From Flammeovirga agarivorans (lineage in GTDB: Bacteria; Bacteroidota; Bacteroidia; Cytophagales; Flammeovirgaceae), in NCBI RefSeq assembly GCF_012641475.1, contig NZ_JABAIL010000011.1:75384-107383 (forward strand): DNA of 32,000 nucleotides, given 5' to 3'. The position numbers and the translations under genes were made by a program. A model generated the notes under the pieces. It searched no databases and was not told the origin of the DNA. It saw only the letters and a list, made by a program, of their open reading frames with translations. Shown here piece by piece: positions 9,803 to 20,690 of the stretch. Each line of letters opens with the position of its first letter. Within the stretch, counting starts at the first letter, position 1.

Positions 9803-10495
9803 ATGGCAAGATTTACAAGAATTGAAGTTGTTTTAAGCATGAAGGAATGTGGAATCGTTCCGGTATTCTACCATCCCAATCCAGAAGTGTGCTGGGAGGT
9901 AGTATATGCATGCTATAAAGCAGGAGTAAGAGTTTTCGAATTTACGAATCGAGGAGACAATGCTCACAAGGTTTTCGATAAAGTAATGGAGAATGTAATA
10001 TCGTTAGCTCCTGATATGAAAATGGGTGTTGGGTCTGTTGTCGACGATTATACTGCAAGTTTATATATTCAGAATGGAGCGGACTTTATCGTTTCTCCAA
10101 TCTTGAATGCAGAAATAGCAAAGCGCTGTAATCGTAGAAAGGTGGCTTGGATGCCGGGCTGTGGGTCCGCATCTGAAATATCTTATGCAGAAGAGTTAGG
10201 TGCAGAGGTAGTGAAAATATTCCCAGGGTTACAAGTAGGTGGTCCTGAGTTTGTGAAAGCAGTAAAAGCACCTATGCCTTGGTCTAGTATTATGCCTACA
10301 GGAGGTGTACAACCTAAGTTTGATGAGCTACAAGAGTGGTTTAAAGCAGGAGTACATTGTGTAGGTCTAGGCTCTCAACTTCTCGACAAGAGTATGATTG
10401 AATTTGGTGATTATGAAGCTTTAACCCAACATATACAAAAGGTATTTGTAATGGCACAAGAGGCAAGAGGTGTCAAACAACCTTTGTTGGGTTAG
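9803..10495 (+). CDS. eda: 2-dehydro-3-deoxyphosphogluconate / 4-hydroxy-2-oxoglutarate aldolase
   Basis: Eda-family motifs: FEFTNR (ExTxR), DFIVSP, MPGCGSASE, VKIFPG (Schiff-base Lys), MPTGGV. Confidence 0.8.
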   Translation: MARFTRIEVVLSMKECGIVPVFYHPNPEVCWEVVYACYKAGVRVFEFTNRGDNAHKVFDKVMENVISLAPDMKMGVGSVVDDYTASLYIQNGADFIVSPILNAEIAKRCNRRKVAWMPGCGSASEISYAEELGAEVVKIFPGLQVGGPEFVKAVKAPMPWSSIMPTGGVQPKFDELQEWFKAGVHCVGLGSQLLDKSMIEFGDYEALTQHIQKVFVMAQEARGVKQPLLG

Positions 10496-10695
10496 GGCGT
10501 CATCGCCTTATTCTTTAAAAATATATGTCTAACATTAAATTTTTTATTATCGACAATTAACAACTACAACAATTTATAGGATCCTAACTAACAATTAGCA
10601 AGTGTGCAATGTTTCAAGGCTTCGTAGAAAGCAAACCACTTTAATTTACAATCAACACAAACGCTTCTTTTTTAGCACACATTAAATAATTAATC

Positions 10696-12405
10696 ATGAA
10701 CAACCAGTTGATTTTAATTGGAAAGAAGTTTTCGAACGTAATAATGGGAACAATGCTTTTTGCAGGTGCAATGAGCTGTACAAACAACCAACAAGAAGTG
10801 AGTATTGAGGAAGATGCTGCTCAAAGCAGTAATGCTAGAACTGTGGTTGGTCTAACTAACAGTAGCTTCGAAAGTAGCTGGAGTGGATGGAATGATGTCG
10901 ATCCTTCTGCAGTTTCTGGAGATGCAAATACAGGATCTAAAGCGGCAAAAATCACCGGAGCAGGTGGTGAGTTTTCTCAAGATGTAGCTATTTCATCAAA
11001 CACTGACTATGAACTTTCTGCGTATGTAAAAGGTAGCTGGAGAATTTCGGCTACAGTAAATGGAACAAGAAAATCAAGAAGCGGTAATACTTCTGATTGG
11101 AAATTGGAAACAGTATCTTTTAATTCAGGTTCAGGATCTACTGTAACGATTAAAGGAGAATACAACAGCGGAGAAGGAAGATATGATGATTTTGAATTAG
11201 CTACTGCTGACAATGGTGGTACAACTCCTCCTCCATCTAATGAAGGACCACTTTCAGTTTCTGGTGTGGCTTCATCATCGGATGACGGAAACGTTGCATC
11301 GAATACTATTGATGGAAACATTGGTACTCGTTGGTCTGCAAATGGTAATGGACAATGGGTTCGTTATGATTTTGGATCAGTAAAAAATGTTTCTTCAGTA
11401 AAAATTGCATGGTTTAAGGGTGATCAAAGATCAAGTACTTTTGAAATCTTAGCTGGAGATGCTACAAACGATTTATCGGTTGTGTATTCTGGAGTTGCTT
11501 CAGGAAGCACAGTAGAATTAGAAGATGTAAATGTATCTACATTCTCTGGTCGTTATGTACAAATCGTTGGCTATGGTAATACTTCAAACTCATGGAATAG
11601 TATTACAGAGGTTGAATTTGCAGGGACTGATGGTGATGGGAACGGCGTTGATCCTACAGATCCAGTAGACCCAGTTGATCCAACTCCTGGTGGATACCCA
11701 TATGATGTACTTGGATTACAAAATTGGAAGTTAAATGCATTCTCTGGATCATTAAACAACCCTACTTTTGTTGATCAAATACCAAACTTAGACACTTACG
11801 AAAACGATAATTGGTTCTATACAGATGGTTCGAAAGTATTCTTTAAATGTTATGCAGGTTATCCTACATCTTCTGGATCAGGAAATCCTAGAACGGAATT
11901 AAGAGAATTAACTGCTAATGGATCTTCAAATATTTATTGGGACGGTGGTAGCGGAACTAACCGTATGGAATGGAAAGTTACTGTTAACCAATTACCAAGC
12001 TCAGGAAAGCTTTGCTTCGGACAAATTCACGGGCCTTCTAACTCTTATGACGATGTAATCCGTGTTCAGTTTGAAGGGAACCCGAACCAATCTTCAGGAT
12101 CAGCGAGAATGAAGATCATGGGATGGGTAACAGAAGAGAACGGCGATAAGTCAGGCGACTTTATTGATGGTAATTGGGCACTTGACCAAGAGATGCACCT
12201 GGAATTGATTTTTGAGAATAGCAATGTTGTTCTTTATTCAATTTCATCAAGTGGATCAAGAACTGAGATTTACAGATTTAATGGTTGTAATAGTGATTCT
12301 AACTACTTTAAGGCAGGAAATTATATGCAATCGATGAAAGGTAAGTCATTGGATACTAGCGATTATGGCTTGGTATCTATCAGTTACTTAAAAGTTAAGC
12401 ATTAA
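10696..12405 (+). CDS. Modular PL7 alginate lyase: lipoprotein signal - CBM-like module - F5/8 type C (CBM32-like) - Pro/Asp linker - PL7 catalytic domain
   Basis: The three PL7 signatures are present: RTELRE, QIHG, YFKAGNYMQS. Discoidin-like segment: NTIDGNIGTRWSA...ITEVEF. Linker DPTDPVDPVDPTP. Lipobox AMSC. Confidence 0.9.
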   Translation: MNNQLILIGKKFSNVIMGTMLFAGAMSCTNNQQEVSIEEDAAQSSNARTVVGLTNSSFESSWSGWNDVDPSAVSGDANTGSKAAKITGAGGEFSQDVAISSNTDYELSAYVKGSWRISATVNGTRKSRSGNTSDWKLETVSFNSGSGSTVTIKGEYNSGEGRYDDFELATADNGGTTPPPSNEGPLSVSGVASSSDDGNVASNTIDGNIGTRWSANGNGQWVRYDFGSVKNVSSVKIAWFKGDQRSSTFEILAGDATNDLSVVYSGVASGSTVELEDVNVSTFSGRYVQIVGYGNTSNSWNSITEVEFAGTDGDGNGVDPTDPVDPVDPTPGGYPYDVLGLQNWKLNAFSGSLNNPTFVDQIPNLDTYENDNWFYTDGSKVFFKCYAGYPTSSGSGNPRTELRELTANGSSNIYWDGGSGTNRMEWKVTVNQLPSSGKLCFGQIHGPSNSYDDVIRVQFEGNPNQSSGSARMKIMGWVTEENGDKSGDFIDGNWALDQEMHLELIFENSNVVLYSISSSGSRTEIYRFNGCNSDSNYFKAGNYMQSMKGKSLDTSDYGLVSISYLKVKH

Positions 12406-12601
12406 CGGAAAACGGACGAATATATATCTAATTTCACTTTAATGTGTGTGCGATTTTAGTTCTCAAATGGACAACGCATAAACCATTCATGTTAGGAGTC
12501 ATGCTAGAGTAAAAAACAGAAATTTGAGTGTTTAATAGATGTGTTTTTATTGGTAGCTCTAGTAGAACGAATAATGTGATCAATTTCAAAACTAAATATT
12601 T

Positions 12602-12635
12602 AGAGACATGGCATTGCTGTGTCTCTATTTTTTTT
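12602..12635 (+). terminator. Rho-independent terminator
   Basis: The stem agagaca (12602-12608) pairs with tgtctct (12620-12626) and is followed by T8 (12628-12635). It lies about 200 nt downstream of the PL7 stop. Confidence 0.7.
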
Positions 12636-12684
12636 GCAAGTGTTGTATTAACGGTTATTGTGTGTTATTAAAGAATTTCATATT

Positions 12685-12692
12685 TATATTTG
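12685..12692 (+). promoter_or_regulatory. Bacteroidota-type -7 promoter box (TAnnTTTG)
   Basis: Exact TATATTTG lies 16 nt upstream of the ATG at 12708. It overlaps the TTG at 12690 used by the ORF track, which argues for the 12708 start. Confidence 0.4.
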
Positions 12693-12707
12693 GGCAAATT
12701 ACTAAAT

Positions 12708-14264
12708 ATGAAACAGCAGACTTTAAATATCCTATTATTAGTTTTACTTTCATTTCAGTTAACATACGCCAACAGTATTAATGATGCGATAAGAAAAGCA
12801 ACGCAAAAACAAGAGTCTTCTCCAGACAGCTGTATCGATTTGTCTCAGAAAATTCTAACGCAATTAACAGACGAACAGGTAAAAGAGAAAGCTCAGGTAT
12901 ATTGGAACTTAGCACAAGGTTATTTATATAAACATCAATACCATACCGCACTATTTTATGGACTAAAGGGAGAGGAGTTATTGAAAAACGATAATGAATC
13001 ATTCATTTACCAAGACATCATGGCCACTTTAGGTTGGGTATATTATGATATTGGCAATCCAGCTCAAGCTATCCCATATCATAGAAAAGCATTGGAGGCT
13101 GCCCAACGAAGGAACGATTTTGAAAGTGAAATCCGTTATACCAACGCCTTGGGACTTGACGCATCAGCCGCAAAGCTTTTTGACAAAGGGTTAAATTACT
13201 TTATGAAGGCCAAATTCTTAATTGAACAATCTGGAAAGCCACACCTTCGATTACAATCTATGTTAGATAATAATATTGGAATGATTTATATCGAGTATGA
13301 AAATTGGGATAAGGCAGAAGCAAGCTTAAGAAACTCTATTAAAAATAGTACTGGTAAGGCGACTTCCTTGTTGGAATCCTACGCCTTATTAGCACAAGTG
13401 ACGCTCAATAAAAAACAACTGGAAGAAACTAAAAAGCTCTTGGATCTTTGTGAAGAACTATCCCATAAAACCACTTATAGTTTTAGTCTTTTGGAATACT
13501 ACAAGGTAAGAATTGATTATGAAGAACTAATCGGTCATTACAAAGAAGCCTACCTATTTCAAAAGAAATATTTGACTTTGCATAATAAGGTAGACAATGA
13601 GGGAGTGCAAGAAGTGATGAATTACCTTCTTAATGTCCAAGAGCAGAAATTAGCCCAAGATCAATTATTGATTGAACAGGCGAAAACTATCGAAGGGAAA
13701 AGATATCAATTGGCAGTAGTAGGCGTATTATTAATGATATTAATAGTAGGTATATTCTATTATGTATTCCGTTCAAGAGCAGAAAGAGAAGTTTTAAAGC
13801 AAGAGCTATTGCAAAAAGAATTAGCTGCTAAACAAAAGGAAAAGGAAGAGTTGAACAATGAGTTAGCTTTTAAGAATGAAAAGCTAGAAACATTGGCCTT
13901 GAACCTCAACCAAAGAAATGAGTTGATTGATGCCTTATCCGAGCAAATCAAAGAAAACTCTTCAAAAGAAGTTCGAGAGGGATGGAATAATTTTATGAAT
14001 GTCATCCAACAATCTCATAAGACTCATGAGATATCAGATAAAGTAGTACAGAGTTTTAGGTATAGATTGCAAGAGAAGTTTCCTAGTCTAACCGAAAAAG
14101 ATCAGCAATTAGTCATGGATATTAGAAATAATCTATCATCAAAAGAGATAGCAGACAAATACCATGTTGCTGTAAAATCTGTTGAAATGAGCAGGTATAG
14201 ATTACGTAAAAAATTGAATATCGAAAAAGGAACCCATTTAAAGGATTTTATTATGGAAATCTGA
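12708..14264 (+). CDS. Membrane-spanning one-component regulator: signal/anchor - TPR-like repeats - TM helix - coiled coil - LuxR/GerE-type HTH
   Basis: N-terminal hydrophobic signal (LNILLLVLLSFQLTYA). TPR-like helices: YWNLAQGYLYKHQY..., LGWVYYDIGNPAQAIPYHRKALE, NNIGMIYIEYENWDKAE. TM helix LAVVGVLLMILIVGIFYYVF (nt 13710-13769). A heptad-rich E/K/L segment follows. C-terminal HTH: LSSKEIADKYHVAVKSVEMSRYRLRKKL. Confidence 0.75.
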   Translation: MKQQTLNILLLVLLSFQLTYANSINDAIRKATQKQESSPDSCIDLSQKILTQLTDEQVKEKAQVYWNLAQGYLYKHQYHTALFYGLKGEELLKNDNESFIYQDIMATLGWVYYDIGNPAQAIPYHRKALEAAQRRNDFESEIRYTNALGLDASAAKLFDKGLNYFMKAKFLIEQSGKPHLRLQSMLDNNIGMIYIEYENWDKAEASLRNSIKNSTGKATSLLESYALLAQVTLNKKQLEETKKLLDLCEELSHKTTYSFSLLEYYKVRIDYEELIGHYKEAYLFQKKYLTLHNKVDNEGVQEVMNYLLNVQEQKLAQDQLLIEQAKTIEGKRYQLAVVGVLLMILIVGIFYYVFRSRAEREVLKQELLQKELAAKQKEKEELNNELAFKNEKLETLALNLNQRNELIDALSEQIKENSSKEVREGWNNFMNVIQQSHKTHEISDKVVQSFRYRLQEKFPSLTEKDQQLVMDIRNNLSSKEIADKYHVAVKSVEMSRYRLRKKLNIEKGTHLKDFIMEI

Positions 14265-14272
14265 TAAATTAT

Positions 14273-14292
14273 TGTAGAGGTTTACCTCTACA
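14273..14292 (+). other. Perfect 8-bp stem-loop just after the regulator stop (possible terminator or mRNA-end stabiliser; no T-tract)
   Basis: tgtagagg-ttta-cctctaca, 9 nt after the TGA at 14262-14264. Confidence 0.3.
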
Positions 14293-14482
14293 TTCGAACT
14301 CTACGATGAAAAAAAAGAGTTGTATAGTTTTTAATTAAGTATCAGTAAATCAAGTAAATAGTAATTAAAATAATAATCTTTTAATCGTTGTATAGATTGA
14401 GTATAGGTTGAAAAATTTTAAATGTAAAAACAACACCCTTACTTTGCCCATGTGAACAAACAACAAGAGTTTATTTTACATT

Positions 14483-16501
14483 ATGATCAAAAAATTACAC
14501 ATATTATTCTTCTTATCATTAGGTGGTATTCTTCTAGGGTGCCATACTAATAAAGATATTTCTAAGGGGAATAAAACACGATTCAGCTATCCTAATGTTC
14601 TTAATTTAAAAGGGAATATTATTAACCCCAATCAGGAAGGAGTTTCTTCTTTTTCTGATCTTGGTACTTGGCATTCATTTAGTTTAGTAGATGAAAATAC
14701 ATCTACAAAAAAAGGAGCTTTTGTGGGACCTTTCTTAATGAGGCAACAAGAAAGTATCTGGTTGAGCCCATCTTTAGTAGGACTTACGATCAAAGATGTA
14801 CAGGCAGATCAATTGTTGGACCTTTCTAAAGCGAGCTTAAAAGAAAATACATTTTACCCAGGCGTATTAAAGCAGTCGTTTGCTATCGACAAGTTGGATA
14901 TTGTATTGTACCTATTCAATATCAATCAACGTTCATCGATGATTACAGCAGAAATTACCAACAACGGGAAAGCAAAAGAATTTCAGTTGGGTTTCTCAGG
15001 ATCAGTATTTAATAACTTCTCTAAGGGTATAAGAGAAACAGCACATGGTTTAGAAGTAGACATTGTCAATGACGAGAAAGTAAACTTAGTATTCCAGGAG
15101 AAAAACATTCACCTTGGAGATAGTGATTATGTATATCTAGAAAATGCAAGACTACTTCCTGCAAAGGGCGAAACATCTATCTCAATGGCGATGAGTTATA
15201 CTTTTTCGACTCAAGAAGAACAAGAGTTTAACAAGAAAAATATAGCAGGGTTAAAACAAGCACAGCAATTATTATCAGATAATGAACACCGTTGGAATGG
15301 ATATATCAATACACTAAATCAAGGTGATACAGATAGAATTTTAGCGATCGAAAAATATGATAGATTGGCAGTTAAATCTTTGCTAACCCTAATGCATAAT
15401 TGGAGGTCTGAAGCAGGCGATATCAAACATCAAGGTATTGTTCCTTCGTATGCGGCAACGTATTTTCAAGGACTTTGGGCGTGGGACTCATGGAAACATG
15501 CAGTAGCAATTGCACCTTTTGAGGGAGAGTTGGCAAAGGATCAGATCAGAGCGATGTATGACTACCAAAACCAAGAGGGGATGATTGCAGATTGTTTCTT
15601 TAGAGATCTTCAAATTGAAGGTGTGAACTGGAGAAATACAAAAGCACCTTTATCGGGATGGTCAATTTATAAAGTTTTTGAAGCAACAAACGATAAGGAC
15701 TTTTTAGTTGAGATGTATCCGAAACTAAAGAAATATCATGAGTGGTGGTACATAAATAGAGACCATGACAACAATGGCCTATGTGAGTACGGATCAACAG
15801 ACGGAACTAGAATTGCTGCAGCATGGGAGAGTGGTATGGATAATGCCGTTAGGTTCGATAAAGCAACTATAATGGAAAATACAAAAGGTGCATTTTCTAT
15901 CAATCAAGAGTCTGTAGATTTAAATGCGTATTTGTACCAAGAAAAGCTTTTCTTAAGTCTGATTGCTGATCGAATCAATAAACAAGAGGATGCTGAAAAG
16001 TATAACCAAGAAGCATTGAAGTTAAAGAAGATGATACAGGAAATCATGTATTCTGAAGAAGATGGCTTCTTTTATGATGTTACTTTAGGCAATCAGAATG
16101 TAGTAGCGATACAAGGTCCAGAAGGTTGGTCGCCATTGTACAATGAAATTGCTACAAAAGAACAGGCAGCGAGTGTAATGAAAGTGATGCTAGATGATAC
16201 AAAGTTCAACACACCAATGCCTTTCCCAACATTAAGTGCTGCCAACGAACAGTTTAATCCAGAAAAAGGGTATTGGAGAGGACCTGTGTGGTTGGATCAA
16301 GCCTACTTCGGAATAATGGGATTATATAACTACGGTTATAAAAACGAAGCAAAAGAAATGGCTGAAAAACTAGTCAATAGTGCAGAAGGGTTAGTGAATT
16401 CAGATAAGCCTATCAGAGAGAATTACCACCCGATGACAAAACAAGGGTTAAATGCAGAACATTTCAGTTGGAGTGCAGCCCATATCCTGATGATGTTTTA
16501 G
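14483..16501 (+). CDS. Glycoside hydrolase lipoprotein, (alpha/alpha)6-barrel GH63-like / MGH1-YgjK-like family
   Basis: Lipobox LLGC. Motifs shared by GH63/GH37-clan enzymes: GLWAWDSWKHA and GYWRGPVWLDQAYF. The architecture is an N-terminal beta domain plus a C-terminal barrel. Confidence 0.65.
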   Translation: MIKKLHILFFLSLGGILLGCHTNKDISKGNKTRFSYPNVLNLKGNIINPNQEGVSSFSDLGTWHSFSLVDENTSTKKGAFVGPFLMRQQESIWLSPSLVGLTIKDVQADQLLDLSKASLKENTFYPGVLKQSFAIDKLDIVLYLFNINQRSSMITAEITNNGKAKEFQLGFSGSVFNNFSKGIRETAHGLEVDIVNDEKVNLVFQEKNIHLGDSDYVYLENARLLPAKGETSISMAMSYTFSTQEEQEFNKKNIAGLKQAQQLLSDNEHRWNGYINTLNQGDTDRILAIEKYDRLAVKSLLTLMHNWRSEAGDIKHQGIVPSYAATYFQGLWAWDSWKHAVAIAPFEGELAKDQIRAMYDYQNQEGMIADCFFRDLQIEGVNWRNTKAPLSGWSIYKVFEATNDKDFLVEMYPKLKKYHEWWYINRDHDNNGLCEYGSTDGTRIAAAWESGMDNAVRFDKATIMENTKGAFSINQESVDLNAYLYQEKLFLSLIADRINKQEDAEKYNQEALKLKKMIQEIMYSEEDGFFYDVTLGNQNVVAIQGPEGWSPLYNEIATKEQAASVMKVMLDDTKFNTPMPFPTLSAANEQFNPEKGYWRGPVWLDQAYFGIMGLYNYGYKNEAKEMAEKLVNSAEGLVNSDKPIRENYHPMTKQGLNAEHFSWSAAHILMMF

Positions 16502-16523
16502 TAAGCAAATAGAGATTATATAA

Positions 16524-19670
<3,147 letters not shown>

Positions 19671-19671
19671 C

Positions 19672-19938
19672 ATGGAAACACTTTTGTTTTTAGGTGGAGG
19701 GGTACTCGTTGGGTACCTCTTCAGAAAAAGAGCTTCTCTACAGGAAAAAGTAGAGAAAGGAATTTCAGTAATGATATGGGTATTGCTTTTCTTTTTAGGT
19801 ATCTCTATTGGTGCAAATCAAGAAGTAATTGAGAGTATTCACATCATTGGCTGGAAGGCATTTATCCTAACGATTGGCGGAATTGCAGGAAGTATCGCCT
19901 GTTCATATTTAGTGTATCTGAAATTTTTTAAATCATGA
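19672..19938 (+). CDS. LysO/DUF340-family membrane protein, small N-terminal-equivalent subunit
   Basis: 88 aa with 3 hydrophobic helices. It starts 1 nt after the lacZ stop and overlaps the next gene by ATGA. The segment LLFFLGISIGANQEVIES resembles LMALVGVSLGLDESSIDI of the downstream partner. Confidence 0.6.
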   Translation: METLLFLGGGVLVGYLFRKRASLQEKVEKGISVMIWVLLFFLGISIGANQEVIESIHIIGWKAFILTIGGIAGSIACSYLVYLKFFKS

Positions 19939-20528
19939 AAGGAACCCTCATTACACTAGCTTTTTTTGTCGGAGGATGCATATTGTCCTTATTGGGTATC
20001 ACACCAGATTTTTTTATCGAAAACGATCTTAGCACCTACGCCCTCTATATTTTGATGGCATTGGTAGGCGTAAGTTTAGGGTTGGATGAATCATCAATTG
20101 ATATCCTTAAAAAAGCAAACTTAGGATTGGTATTGGTACCTGTATCGATAGGTTTTGGAAGTATTATCGGAGCAGGCTTGGCTTACACTTTAATTGCTGA
20201 ATCGTTTAGAGAAGGAATGGCAGTAGGGGCAGGCTTTGGATACTACAGTTTGTCGAGTATTTATATCTCCAACACCTATGATACCACCTTGGGAGTAATT
20301 GCTTTATTGTCGAATATTTCTAGAGAATTATTGACACTGCTAATTACACCAATTTTAGTGAAACGTTTTGGTAAAATGTCGCCAATTGCTAGTGCAGGAG
20401 CGACGTCAATGGATACCACTTTACCAGTTATCACCCAATTTTCAGGAAAAGAATATGCATTGGTATCATTATTTAGTGGGATCGTCCTTACCATTATGGT
20501 ACCCATATTATTACCAATAATATTATAA
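19935..20528 (+). CDS. LysO/DUF340-family membrane protein, large subunit
   Basis: 197 aa and polytopic. Its Gly/Ala-rich helices and length match the C-terminal two thirds of YbjE/LysO-type exporters. Confidence 0.6.
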   Translation: MKGTLITLAFFVGGCILSLLGITPDFFIENDLSTYALYILMALVGVSLGLDESSIDILKKANLGLVLVPVSIGFGSIIGAGLAYTLIAESFREGMAVGAGFGYYSLSSIYISNTYDTTLGVIALLSNISRELLTLLITPILVKRFGKMSPIASAGATSMDTTLPVITQFSGKEYALVSLFSGIVLTIMVPILLPIIL

Positions 20529-20690
20529 AACTAAACTGTTCATAATTAAATGAAGAGCATCAAAATCAGGTGATTGTTGGGGTAAACACATACACATACT
20601 ATTTGAAATGAAACTTACACCTCGCTAAACTTTTTGATCCTCACCAAACAAACAACAATTCAATATTTGTCACACATTAACAAAAAAGAA

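Noticed and set aside
10493-10515. Weak GC hairpin (gggcg-tcat-cgcct) plus T-rich tail right after eda, as a possible terminator
   Set aside because: The stem has only 4-5 bp and the T-tract is interrupted. That is not enough to call a terminator, although the 200-nt gap before PL7 suggests a separate transcription unit.
11647-11688. Short nucleotide periodicity (gatcc(a/t)(a/g)...) suggesting a tandem repeat
   Set aside because: It simply encodes the DPTDPVDPVDPTP inter-domain linker of the PL7 lyase. It is not an independent repeat element.
14306-14338. 10-codon mini-ORF (MKKKSCIVFN) in the leader region upstream of the GH63-like gene. A similar 21-codon ORF lies at 30464-30529.
   Set aside because: ORFs this short are expected by chance in AT-rich spacers, and there is no supporting attenuator structure.
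19672-20528. The LysO pair as a frameshifted pseudogene of a single ybjE-like gene
   Set aside because: The junction is a clean ATGA stop/start overlap with an intact Met-initiated downstream ORF. To my recollection, split two-gene DUF340 arrangements are common. This could not be verified without a database.
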